Shown: in pieces, positions 9,320-18,695 of the stretch
Layout of the letters: each line of letters begins with the position of its first letter
Numbering within the stretch: the first letter of the stretch is position 1
Origin: Anaerolineae bacterium
GTDB lineage: Bacteria > Chloroflexota > Anaerolineae > B4-G1 > SLSP01
Direction of reading: 5' to 3'
DNA: 64,000 nucleotides
NCBI GenBank assembly: GCA_040767155.1
Contig: JAXGPC010000005.1
Span: forward strand, 63,492-127,491
Position numbers and translations under genes: made by a program
The notes under the pieces: model-generated
Told to the model about the DNA's origin: nothing
The model's database searches: none
The model's input: only the letters and a program-made list of their open reading frames with translations

Positions 9320-11242
9320 CTATACTTCTTTTGGCATATAGCCCTGTCGGGTCAGGTCGCTGAGCAGGTCATCGACGCTTCCCTCATCTAGGAGCAGTGC
9401 CTTTGGAGTCAATGCTCCAAGAGATGAGGCTTGTAGATGGGGGAGCGAAGCCTGCAGCTCTTGCATCGTGAATGCATCGCGCGTTTGGAGCAGGGCCTGC
9501 GCTGGGTAGAGGCGCACGTGTCCGTACCGCTGCCACCACATCTCCCACCATTCGTCGATCGATGGCAGGGGTTCAAGGCCTGAGGTGGCAGTCCACGCTG
9601 CCCTGAGCGCCTCAGGGTCCAGTCCCTGTTCGAAGGCCCGGTGAAGCATCTTGACATCCAGACGGTAGCGAACCAGGGTGCGCGAGAACCCCGCTGGCGT
9701 AGCCCACTGTAAAACAAACGCCAGAAAGGGAGGGGGAATGGGGGTTTCGATCTCCAGGATTGATTCGCCTGGTGAGAACCGTATTGCTTTCTGGCTCATC
9801 CCGACGATGACATCCAGTGACACTTCTTCTTGTCGCTCCCACTGCAAGTCCTGGAGATCACGAAGCCGTATGGCTTTGACATCATCCAGTCCCGGCCCAA
9901 GCTCTACCAACCCCAGGGCAAGCAATGGCCCCGTGAGGATACTGAGCAACACCAGCTCAAGGAAGTCTAGCCAACCTCCCTTGGGCCCCTGTGGGTTCAG
10001 GCCCAGCAGGTACTGCTGGGTGTCCGGTGTTGGGAAGAGTGCGGCAATCCATTTCAACAGATCGCGGGTTGCGAGCCATTGGTTCTGTGGAAGAGCGGAC
10101 AGTAACTCGAGAATGACCTCGCGCAGATATCTGACAACGTCTTTGACACTGCGGTCGATCGAGCTGAGCCCCCAGTAGCCGTGGTAGAGACGTTTCACAC
10201 GAACTTGCTCGCCCCGCCACTGTGTCCACCACTCGGCCCACGACTCGGTGTCACGCCATAGCTGATACAGGACCCCCACCTGTCGCCCTGGAGGGAGCGA
10301 CAGCCACTGCTGTGCCAGTGCACTGTCCACCGTGATCGGGCTACCCTGCAAGACAATTCCGCCGGTCTCCAGGAGTGCGTACAGAAACTCTGCCCGCTCC
10401 TCTGAGCAACCTAGCGCCTCGGCCCACGCAGCCAGCGCTCCATCGGTCGGCGCGGGATCTGGCGGCAGGAGCTCGATCGCTCCGTCCATGTCCACGTGGG
10501 AGTTGAGTCTCCGGGCGTCGGCTGGGATAATGGGCCAGCACGTGATCTGCTGTGCAAACTGGTAAGTGGGTGCCTGCCAGCGCAGCCGATCGCGCAGCTT
10601 CCACGATTCGGACTGGAGCAGGATGAGCAGTTGCTGAACCTGAGTCAGGATCTGCAGGCTGTCGGCTGCCACAACCTGCCGCGGTGCCTGGCAGGAAGCG
10701 AAGGGCAATGAGATGGGTGGGAGACTACGCCGCAGGCCAACCGGAAGGTAAAGGTCACCAGCCTCTGTTTCCAGGGCCAACGACACCTTCCGGATGCGCC
10801 GCGCGAGTTTGGACCAGTCGGTGGTGAATCCCTCCCACAGCTTCTTCCCCAGGGGCCTCGCGTTACGATGGTGGAGATAAGTCTGTAAGATCAGCGTGAC
10901 ATAATAGCGCAATTCCTCGTCGGAGAGGCTGTGCACGGCGTTGGACAGGCGTTCTCGATCGAGGAAGAGCTCGGCCAGATGCCGGGTTACCTGGTGACGC
11001 GTAGCCCCTTCCGGCTGATCCCCTATGGGCGCAATCAGCTCACGAAGATGCGCGATCCGCCACTGTGCCAGATCGAGCTCGTTCACCGTGCGTGAGACTG
11101 GGTCGAGTTTCCCTATCGACCACAGGTGCGCTATGTCAGGACGCCTGGGCTGTGGAGGCGATTCCCAACGATAGCCGATTTCCGGGGACAGTGCGCCCGT
11201 CATTTTGGTACCTGGTTGCTTGTCGGTAGACTTGGTGTTCAT
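9320..11242 (-). CDS. large hypothetical protein (640 aa), Trp-rich, second gene of the XPB-helicase operon
   Basis: ATG at 11242 is 1 nt from the TAG stop of the helicase gene. No recognisable enzymatic motifs. Trp-rich segments such as WAEWWTQWRGEQ and EWWEMWWQRYG. Confidence 0.65.
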   Translation of the reverse strand: MNTKSTDKQPGTKMTGALSPEIGYRWESPPQPRRPDIAHLWSIGKLDPVSRTVNELDLAQWRIAHLRELIAPIGDQPEGATRHQVTRHLAELFLDRERLSNAVHSLSDEELRYYVTLILQTYLHHRNARPLGKKLWEGFTTDWSKLARRIRKVSLALETEAGDLYLPVGLRRSLPPISLPFASCQAPRQVVAADSLQILTQVQQLLILLQSESWKLRDRLRWQAPTYQFAQQITCWPIIPADARRLNSHVDMDGAIELLPPDPAPTDGALAAWAEALGCSEERAEFLYALLETGGIVLQGSPITVDSALAQQWLSLPPGRQVGVLYQLWRDTESWAEWWTQWRGEQVRVKRLYHGYWGLSSIDRSVKDVVRYLREVILELLSALPQNQWLATRDLLKWIAALFPTPDTQQYLLGLNPQGPKGGWLDFLELVLLSILTGPLLALGLVELGPGLDDVKAIRLRDLQDLQWERQEEVSLDVIVGMSQKAIRFSPGESILEIETPIPPPFLAFVLQWATPAGFSRTLVRYRLDVKMLHRAFEQGLDPEALRAAWTATSGLEPLPSIDEWWEMWWQRYGHVRLYPAQALLQTRDAFTMQELQASLPHLQASSLGALTPKALLLDEGSVDDLLSDLTRQGYMPKEV

Positions 11243-11243
11243 C

Positions 11244-13016
11244 CTAGGAGCCCATGTCGTCCAGCAGCACTCGCCTCTGCGTGTGGGGAAGCGCCCCGGG
11301 AATCTCTTCGCCGTAGAGGATCAGATAGCGGTAGCCCTGCTCGGTCAGGAATCGCTGGCGGTTAGCACTGAAATCCTGGTCGACGGTCTCTTTGGTCACG
11401 ATTGTGTAGAAGTAGGCCTGCCCTCCGTTCGCTTTGGGGCGCAGGATGCGCCCGAGGCGTTGCGCCTCTTCCTGGCGCGAACCGAAGGTTCCCGAGATCT
11501 GGATGGCTACGTTGGCATCCGGAAGGTCGATCGAGAAGTTGGCGACCTTTGAGACGACCAGGGTAGTGATCTCCCCATTGCGGAACTTCTCGTAGAGCTC
11601 CTCTCGTTCAGCGACCTTGGTCTTTCCGGTGATGATCGGGAGGTCATAGCGTTTGGCGATCAGCTCCAGTTGTTCCAGATACATGCCGATGATGAGGATG
11701 CGATCGCCTTCGTGATAGGCCAGAAGCTTGTCGAGGATGTCGAGTTTGATCGTCGCGTCCGCTGCGACGCGGTACTTCTGTCGCTGCTCCGCCATGATGT
11801 ACGTCATTCGCTCGTCCTCGGACATCGCGACACGGATCTCGTAACAGACGGCAGGGGCGATCCAGCCCTGTCGTTCCAGGTCATGCCAAGGCACATCATA
11901 CTTCTTGGGGCCGATCAACGAGAACACATCCTCTTCACGGTTATCCTCACGGACCAGCGTTGCTGTGAGGCCGAGGCGGCGGCGCGCCTGTAGCTCTGCC
12001 GTGATGCGGAAGACCGGGGCGGGGAGCAGGTGTACCTCATCGTAGATGATGAGTCCCCAGTTGCCCTCGCTGAAGAGCGCGAAATGAGGGTACTGCTCTG
12101 CGAGCGAGGGCGCGTCATGGGCCTTGGTGCCGCGCTTGCGGTGGGTGAGGATCTGGTAGGTGGTCACCGTGACCGGGCGGATCTCCTTGCGCTCGCCGGT
12201 ATACTCGCCAATCTGATCTTCCGTCAGCGTGGTCTTAGAGAGCAACTCCTCGCGCCACTGCCGTGCGGCGACGGTGCTGGGAGTCAGGATGAGCGTGTTC
12301 GTCTGCACCTGTGCCATCGCCACCATGCCAACGATCGTCTTGCCGGCACCGCACGGGAGGACGATGACCCCTGCCCCTCCGGCATCGTCGCCATTGGCCC
12401 AGAAGATCTCGGCTGCATCGCGTTGGTACCCCCGGACGGTGAAGGGCGTTTCGTCCGTTGTCAGCGCACGGAGCTGGAGTTCCAGCGGCGCGCCCTGGAG
12501 ATAGCCAACGAGGTCCTCTGCGGGATACCCAGCCTTGACCAGGGCCTGTTTGACATGGCCTCGCCGAGAGGCGGGCACCTGCAACGTGTGTGGCCCCAGA
12601 CGGTCCAGCACAAAGAGCTTGAGGAACTGGTTCTTCTCCAGCTCGATGAGGAGCATCGGCTCGTCCGACGTCAGTCGCAGTCGCTCGGAGTCGTAGGGAT
12701 CGCGGGTCAGTCGTACCCTGCCATAGCGACCGATGGCGTCGCGGATCTCGAACACGACGTTGTCAGGGAGCGGGTATTTGGCAAATCGCTGTAGGCCGGA
12801 GATGATGCCTTCGGCGTCAAGTCCAGCGGCTGCGGCGTTCCATAGAGAAAGCGAAGAAATCCGGTAAGTGTGGATGTACTCCGGACTCTTCTCCAGCTCG
12901 GCGAAACGTGCCAGATGGTCCCGTGCAGCTTCGTAGTCCGAGCTGTTCACTTCCAGCAGGACCGTCCGGTCACTTTGGACGATAAGCGGTGCATCAACGC
13001 GGAAATCCATATCCAA
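11244..13016 (-). CDS. XPB/Rad25/ERCC3-type SF2 DNA helicase (bacterial XPB homolog)
   Basis: Walker A LPCGAGKT, DEVH box (IYDEVHLLPA), motif III GLTATLVRED and helicase C motifs. The N-terminal roughly 200 aa resemble the XPB damage-recognition domain. Start is TTG at 13016 or ATG at 13010. Confidence 0.85.
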   Translation of the reverse strand: MDMDFRVDAPLIVQSDRTVLLEVNSSDYEAARDHLARFAELEKSPEYIHTYRISSLSLWNAAAAGLDAEGIISGLQRFAKYPLPDNVVFEIRDAIGRYGRVRLTRDPYDSERLRLTSDEPMLLIELEKNQFLKLFVLDRLGPHTLQVPASRRGHVKQALVKAGYPAEDLVGYLQGAPLELQLRALTTDETPFTVRGYQRDAAEIFWANGDDAGGAGVIVLPCGAGKTIVGMVAMAQVQTNTLILTPSTVAARQWREELLSKTTLTEDQIGEYTGERKEIRPVTVTTYQILTHRKRGTKAHDAPSLAEQYPHFALFSEGNWGLIIYDEVHLLPAPVFRITAELQARRRLGLTATLVREDNREEDVFSLIGPKKYDVPWHDLERQGWIAPAVCYEIRVAMSEDERMTYIMAEQRQKYRVAADATIKLDILDKLLAYHEGDRILIIGMYLEQLELIAKRYDLPIITGKTKVAEREELYEKFRNGEITTLVVSKVANFSIDLPDANVAIQISGTFGSRQEEAQRLGRILRPKANGGQAYFYTIVTKETVDQDFSANRQRFLTEQGYRYLILYGEEIPGALPHTQRRVLLDDMGS

Positions 13017-13132
13017 GCTATTTTACCCGACCGGCGGGCTTCGTCAACGTGGCCCTTCATGATAGAATGCCATTTGGCGACTGGGGGGGGCAACCCCGGG
13101 CGCGACCCATTCTCAATCGAGGAGGTCAGCCG

Positions 13133-14161
13133 ATGCACCACGTCTTGGTGACGGGGGGAGCAGGTTTCATCGGGTCGAACTTCGTGCGCTATTTCCTTCA
13201 GGCACATCCGGATTACCACGTCGTCGTCTATGACAAGCTCACCTATGCGGGCCGCCTGGAGAATCTGCAGGATGTGGCCGAGGCATTCGCTGGTCGCTAT
13301 GCCTTTGTCCGCGGGGACATCTGTGATATTCCTCTCGTCGAGCAGACGATTGCGCACTACAGCGTCGACACAATCGTGAACTTCGCTGCAGAGACCCACG
13401 TCGACCGCTCTCTGATGGCGCCAGGCTCCTTTATCCAGACGGATGTCTACGGCACGTTCGTCTTGCTCGAGGCAGCTCGGAAGGCTGGATTGGAGCGCTA
13501 CCACCAGATCAGCACTGACGAGGTCTATGGACAGGTGTTGGATGGTCGTTCGGTGGAGACCGATCACCTCGAGCCGCGGAGTCCCTACGCTGCCAGCAAA
13601 GCGGCTGGCGATCTGATGGTGCTCGCCTATCGTGAGTCGTGGGGGATGCCCGTGACCATCACGCGGGGTTCCAACAACATCGGGCCCTACCAGTATCCCG
13701 AAAAAGTGGTGCCACTCTTTGCGACCAATGCCATCGACGATCAGCCTCTGCCAGTCTATGGCGATGGCCATCAGATGCGTGACTACCAGCATGTGCTGGA
13801 CCACTGTACCGGCATCGACACGGTGTTACACAAGGGCGAGCTGGGCGAGATCTACAATGTTGGTACAGGGTCGGAGCTGACCAACATCGAGATGACACAG
13901 ATCGTGTTGAGGACTTTGGGTAAGCCAGAAAGCCTCATTAAGCACGTTGAGGACCGGCCCGGGCATGACCGGCGTTACGCCCTCGACGTGAGCAAGCTCC
14001 ATGCGCTGGGATGGGATAACGTCTACAACTGTGCACAGGCGGTTGAGGAAACGACACGCTGGTATGCGGACAATGCGTGGTGGTGGCGACCCATCAAGAG
14101 TGGTGAGTTGTACAAGGACTACTACGCCCAGCAGTACGCCAGGCGACTCGAGCAGGCGTAG
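13133..14161 (+). CDS. rfbB: dTDP-glucose 4,6-dehydratase
   Basis: MHHVLVTGGAGFIGSNFV Rossmann NAD motif and catalytic YAASKAAGD (YxxxK), with overall RmlB-like sequence. GGAGG RBS at 13121-13125 precedes ATG 13133. The ORF-track start at 12989 is an unsupported upstream extension. Confidence 0.9.
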   Translation: MHHVLVTGGAGFIGSNFVRYFLQAHPDYHVVVYDKLTYAGRLENLQDVAEAFAGRYAFVRGDICDIPLVEQTIAHYSVDTIVNFAAETHVDRSLMAPGSFIQTDVYGTFVLLEAARKAGLERYHQISTDEVYGQVLDGRSVETDHLEPRSPYAASKAAGDLMVLAYRESWGMPVTITRGSNNIGPYQYPEKVVPLFATNAIDDQPLPVYGDGHQMRDYQHVLDHCTGIDTVLHKGELGEIYNVGTGSELTNIEMTQIVLRTLGKPESLIKHVEDRPGHDRRYALDVSKLHALGWDNVYNCAQAVEETTRWYADNAWWWRPIKSGELYKDYYAQQYARRLEQA

Positions 14162-14178
14162 CTCGGCGTGGGGGACGC

Positions 14179-14907
14179 ATGCCGACGCCTGACAGTATAG
14201 CGACCTTCTTGCTCAGGGGCGTTAACCGTGCCGTACGCGAGTTCGGCCTGATCGCCGATGGGGACCGTGTTGCCGTTGGGGTCTCGGGTGGCAAGGACAG
14301 CCGCACCCTCCTCGACCTGCTGGTGCGAGGCATTGACATCCCCGGGCACTACGAAGTTGTCGCCGTGCACATCGACGGTTCGGGCGTGGGGCTCCCGGAT
14401 CAGGTGGGTGTGCTGGAACCGTGGTTTAGAACCTTGGGTGTGCCGTATGAAATCGCGCGGCTCGATGTAGCCGACAGCGAGACGCTACCTATGGATTGCT
14501 TCCGCTGCTCGTGGAACCGGCGCAAGGCACTGTTTCTCGCGGCAGACCGTCTGCGATGTAACAGAGTGGCGCTCGGTCACCACGCGGATGATGCCGCGGT
14601 CACGACGCTGATGAGCATCATGTACAAGGGCCGCCTCGAGACGCTGGAACCGTGCCGGCAGTTCTTCGATGGACGCTTGCGTCTTATCCGCCCGCTTATT
14701 CTCCTGAGTGAATCAGCCATCCGACGCTTCGTGCGGGCCTGTGGATGGACCTTTTCTGCCGAGCCTGGCTGTTCACAAGGCGTGAATTCCCGGCGGGTCA
14801 AGATCGAGGCTTTCCTCGGCACATTGCCGCAACGGGAGCGTGAACAGATCCGTGCCAACCTCTGGCGCGCGGCACAGATGGTGGGCACTGTGGGCGCAGG
14901 ACTGTGA
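14179..14907 (+). CDS. PP-loop ATPase, TtcA-like tRNA 2-thiocytidine synthase family
   Basis: SGGKDS PP-loop motif, a CxxC pair (MDCFRCSW) and further conserved Cys, as in TtcA. Length 242 aa. Confidence 0.65.
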   Translation: MPTPDSIATFLLRGVNRAVREFGLIADGDRVAVGVSGGKDSRTLLDLLVRGIDIPGHYEVVAVHIDGSGVGLPDQVGVLEPWFRTLGVPYEIARLDVADSETLPMDCFRCSWNRRKALFLAADRLRCNRVALGHHADDAAVTTLMSIMYKGRLETLEPCRQFFDGRLRLIRPLILLSESAIRRFVRACGWTFSAEPGCSQGVNSRRVKIEAFLGTLPQREREQIRANLWRAAQMVGTVGAGL

Positions 14908-15473
14908 ACGAATCCCGTCGACACCAGAACCAACTGAGCCGGCTGAGCCGCTTCCTGCTCATGCTGCTCCGGCACCAACCGGCGCGTTTCCCGGTCAGGC
15001 TGGATGCTCAAGGCTTTGCCGAACTCGATGAGGTCATGCGCGTGGTTCATGCGCTGCCCAATCTGCGTTGGGCGACGCTTGCCGCTGTCGAGGCTGTCCT
15101 GGCCATGCCCGGCCCGCAACGTTTCGAGATCATCGATGCTGGTGGGGGGGCGCGGCGCATCCGGGCGTTGTATGGCCATACTGCCCGTAAGCTCGCGTAC
15201 GAACCGGTTCGGCCTCCCGACAGGCTCTATTGTGCAGTCTCGCCTGATGCTGTGGCACAGGCCCATCGTGAGGGCCTCCTCGCGGGAGAACACACCTATG
15301 TCCAACTGGCGGATGATCCCCAGCAGGCATTTGTTGGTGCGCTGCGCGAGGCACCCGATCCGGTGGTGCTTACCATCGATGCTGCGGCTGCTGCAGCCTC
15401 AGGGATCCTCTTCTTCTCCCCGGCAGAGTCGGTCTATCTCAGCGAGGCGATTCCGCCGCAGTTCATCGTCTGA
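14904..15473 (+). CDS. kptA: RNA 2'-phosphotransferase, Tpt1/KptA family
   Basis: LSRLSRFLLMLLRHQPARFPVRLDAQGFAELDEVM and IRALYGHT motifs typical of KptA/Tpt1. It overlaps the previous gene by 4 nt. Confidence 0.75.
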   Translation: MNESRRHQNQLSRLSRFLLMLLRHQPARFPVRLDAQGFAELDEVMRVVHALPNLRWATLAAVEAVLAMPGPQRFEIIDAGGGARRIRALYGHTARKLAYEPVRPPDRLYCAVSPDAVAQAHREGLLAGEHTYVQLADDPQQAFVGALREAPDPVVLTIDAAAAAASGILFFSPAESVYLSEAIPPQFIV

Positions 15474-15547
15474 TCCCCGCCCGATGGCAAAATCCGGTCG
15501 CGGGGGTACAATGCCCCGGATACTGTAATGCCTTTGAAGGAGGCGTA

Positions 15548-18500
15548 GTGATGTCCGAGCCCTACAACCCGCAGGAGATCGAGCCAAAGTGGCAAGAACA
15601 ATGGGATCGTGATGCCCTCTACCGGGCCGTCATCGATGAGAGCAAGCCCAAGTTCTATGCCCTTACGATGCTTCCCTATCCTAGCGGTGACATCCATATC
15701 GGCCACTGGTACGCCATGGCGCCCAGCGATGTGCGGGCGCGCTATAAGCGGATGCAGGGGTACAACGTTCTGTTCCCGATGGGGTTTGATGCCTTTGGAT
15801 TGCCCGCCGAGAACGCCGCGATCCAGCGCAATATCCATCCCAAAGCGTGGACAATGGCGAACATCGCCCGAGAGCGACAACAACTTCGCTCCATGGGCGC
15901 GATGATTGACTGGGAGCGCGAGGCGATCTCGTGCTTGCCCGGATATTACCGTTGGACTGAGTGGTTCTTCCGCAAGTTCTATGATATGGGCCTGGCCTAC
16001 CGCAAGATGTCGCCGGTGGACTATTGCCCTTCCTGCAAGACCACGTTGGCCCGCGAGCAGGTGATTGGTGAGGAGCGCATCTGCGAACGGTGTGGATCAC
16101 CGGTGGTCAAGAAAGATCTGGAGCAGTGGTTCTGGAAGATCACTGACTACGCCGATGAACTGCTCGATTTCTCCAAGATAGACTGGCCAGAGCGCATCCG
16201 GCTGTTGCAGACCAACTGGATTGGGCGCAGCGAAGGAGCGGAGGTCGTCTTCAAGGTGGCTCCCGAGGATCTGCCCGCGGATGTCGCCCCCGGCACTGGC
16301 GATCTGGTCGTCTTCACGACGCGTCCGGATACGCTCTGGGGCGCTACTTTTATGGTCCTGGCGCCTGAGCATCCCCTGGTTGAGGTCATTACCAAGCCGG
16401 AGCACCATCCCAGTGTTCACAAGTATCAGTTCCAGGCCGGGAGACAGAGCGAAATCGAGCGGCTGAGCACCGAGAAAGAGAAGACGGGCGTTTTCACCGG
16501 CGCCTATGCGATCAATCCTGTCAACGGCGCACGGATCCCCATCTGGGTCGCTGATTATGTGATGATGGGGTACGGAACGGGCGCAATCATGGGCGTGCCC
16601 GCGCATGACGAGCGCGATGCTGCCTTTGCGCTCAAATTCGGGCTACCGATTATCCCCGTGATCGATCGCCTCGATGGCGAGGCCCGGAGCCTGGTGTTCC
16701 CGGCTTCGGTGCCCCCTGACTTCGCCGCGACGCTCGATAGGGCCGGCATTGCCTACAGGGCAGCCCCGGTAGGCGATCTGGGTGAGGGTCTCTACGTGAG
16801 TCTCCACGGCAAGGAACAGATCGAGCGTTACGTCGAGCTCATGCGTCAGGCTTTGCTTCCCGGCCATTGGAACGATGTGGTCGGCAGTGGCTGGACTTTC
16901 ATCTTCCCGGGTGAAGTCTGCCAACTGGACTCGGTGGAGGCTGATCGGGCGATCCTCGCGCGCTGCAGGGCGCTCTATCCCCCGGTGGGTGAGAACCGCA
17001 CGGTGATGGAGATGCTCAGTCACTGCGAGTTCTACAGCGATATCCTCGTCCACCACGAGCACGGGACCATGATCAACTCGAGTGCCTTCACTGGCACGCC
17101 CGGCGACCAGGCCATCCACAAGGTTACCACCTGGCTCGCCGACCGAGGTGTGGGTAAGGCCGCCGTCAACTACCGGCTGCGTGACTGGTTGGTCAGCCGC
17201 CAGCGCTATTGGGGCGCGCCGATTCCGATCATCTACTGCGATCAGTGTGGTATTGTCCCGGTACCCTATGAGGATCTGCCCGTGCTGCTCCCGGACGATG
17301 TCGCTTTCATGCCGACGGGTGAGAGCCCACTGCGCTATCATGAGGGGTTCTTGAATACGACGTGTCCAAAGTGTGGTGGTCCAGCCAAGCGCGAGACTGA
17401 CACGATGGATACCTTTGTTTGCTCCTCCTGGTACCAGTACGCCTATCTGAGTCCCTATTACCGTGAGGGAGAGCCTGTCGACGCCGCGTCGTTGCCATGG
17501 GACCCGGCAGAACAGGCTTACTGGGCCCCTGTCGATACGTATACCGGCGGGGCCGAGCATGCCGTGATGCATCTGCTTTACACGCGCTTCTTCACGAAGG
17601 CGCTGCGCGATGCCGGAGTGGTAGATTTTGATGAGCCGATGCTCCAACTGCGCAATCAGGGTGTGATCCTCGGCGAACCTCGTCCAGGGGATTGCGTTGA
17701 CGTGCAGGGAACTTGGGAGGGGGCCGCTTTCCATGCCGAGCGAATCACGGTCTATGGTTTTGCAGACCCGGCGACGTGGCCTGCCTTTGCCAGAGAGGCG
17801 ACGCGGGTGTGTGGCGAGTTGATGGACCGCGACGAGACGACCCTCAAGGTGCGGACAAGTGATGCAGGAGGTTTGACCGTCGTACACATCAACGCCGAGA
17901 TGCCGGTTGCGATTCCGGGGAAGGAGGGCCTCGGTACGGTTAATGACCTCCTCTATCACCTCGATGTCGAGAAGATGTCAAAGAGCAAGAAGAACGTCGT
18001 GGCACCTGATGCGTTGGTAGCCTCCTACGGAGCCGACACCCTGCGCGCCTACCTGATGTTCGGCTGGCGGTGGGAGCAAGGTGGACCGTGGGATAGCCAG
18101 GGCATCGAGGGCATCGTTCGCTGGCTCAACCGGGTGTGGTCGCTGGTGCAGGATCCGCCACGCGAAAGCCGCGACGCCGTTGTGCCCGATCAGGCTGCTG
18201 CACGCGAGTTGCAGCGCGCATTGCACTATGCGATCAAGAGCGTCACCGAGGACCTTGAGACCTTTAGCTTCAACACCGCGATCGCGCGCCTTATGGAGCT
18301 GACCAATGCGTTGAGCAAGGCCAAGCCGAATTGTTGGGGTAGTGACCTGTGGACAGAGGCTGTCAGGGGACTGTTGCTGCTTCTGGCGCCGGTCACCCCG
18401 CACATGACCGAAGAGCTCTGGAGCCTCCTGGGGTATCCTTACAGCATTCATCAGCAGGATTGGCCCGTGTGGGATGAGGCGCTGCTACTCGAGGACACCA

Positions 18501-18685
18501 TTGAGCTACCCGTTCAGATCAATGGCAAGGTTCGTGCGCGCATCACGCTGCCCGCAGGAAGTAGCGAGGAGGCCATCAAGGCGGCTGCGCTCTCGGATGC
18601 TCAGGTTCAGCGTAACCTGGAAGGCAAACAGGTAGTCAAGGTCATCGTGCCCCGAGGGCAGTTGGTCAGCATCGTCGTCAAGTAG
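15548..18685 (+). CDS. leuS: leucine--tRNA ligase, unusually long at 1045 aa
   Basis: N-terminus aligns with LeuS (KFYALTMLPYPSGDIHIGHWY = HIGH motif). KMSKS is present as VEKMSKSKKNVV. Two insertions relative to roughly 860-aa bacterial LeuS. Confidence 0.9.
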   Translation: MMSEPYNPQEIEPKWQEQWDRDALYRAVIDESKPKFYALTMLPYPSGDIHIGHWYAMAPSDVRARYKRMQGYNVLFPMGFDAFGLPAENAAIQRNIHPKAWTMANIARERQQLRSMGAMIDWEREAISCLPGYYRWTEWFFRKFYDMGLAYRKMSPVDYCPSCKTTLAREQVIGEERICERCGSPVVKKDLEQWFWKITDYADELLDFSKIDWPERIRLLQTNWIGRSEGAEVVFKVAPEDLPADVAPGTGDLVVFTTRPDTLWGATFMVLAPEHPLVEVITKPEHHPSVHKYQFQAGRQSEIERLSTEKEKTGVFTGAYAINPVNGARIPIWVADYVMMGYGTGAIMGVPAHDERDAAFALKFGLPIIPVIDRLDGEARSLVFPASVPPDFAATLDRAGIAYRAAPVGDLGEGLYVSLHGKEQIERYVELMRQALLPGHWNDVVGSGWTFIFPGEVCQLDSVEADRAILARCRALYPPVGENRTVMEMLSHCEFYSDILVHHEHGTMINSSAFTGTPGDQAIHKVTTWLADRGVGKAAVNYRLRDWLVSRQRYWGAPIPIIYCDQCGIVPVPYEDLPVLLPDDVAFMPTGESPLRYHEGFLNTTCPKCGGPAKRETDTMDTFVCSSWYQYAYLSPYYREGEPVDAASLPWDPAEQAYWAPVDTYTGGAEHAVMHLLYTRFFTKALRDAGVVDFDEPMLQLRNQGVILGEPRPGDCVDVQGTWEGAAFHAERITVYGFADPATWPAFAREATRVCGELMDRDETTLKVRTSDAGGLTVVHINAEMPVAIPGKEGLGTVNDLLYHLDVEKMSKSKKNVVAPDALVASYGADTLRAYLMFGWRWEQGGPWDSQGIEGIVRWLNRVWSLVQDPPRESRDAVVPDQAAARELQRALHYAIKSVTEDLETFSFNTAIARLMELTNALSKAKPNCWGSDLWTEAVRGLLLLLAPVTPHMTEELWSLLGYPYSIHQQDWPVWDEALLLEDTIELPVQINGKVRARITLPAGSSEEAIKAAALSDAQVQRNLEGKQVVKVIVPRGQLVSIVVK

Positions 18686-18695
18686 ATGAGGTGAT

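Noticed and set aside
12989-13132. Upstream extension of the rfbB ORF to 12989
   Set aside because: The extension overlaps the helicase gene start and the divergent promoter region. Homology to RmlB begins at MHHVLVTGGAGFIGS, with a GGAGG RBS at 13121.
16643-17959. 438-aa minus-strand ORF antisense to leuS. Similar long antisense ORFs include 3970-4698, 12030-12794, 14577-15305, 19455-20685, 20851-21606, 26468-28132, 31095-32876, 42714-43919, 44739-45641, 47518-48465, 53404-54192 and 54965-55615.
   Set aside because: Each lies entirely inside a strongly supported gene on the opposite strand, has no recognisable motifs, and has Arg/Ala/Pro/Gly-rich composition typical of GC-rich antisense frames. 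Long stop-free antisense frames are expected at about 65% GC.
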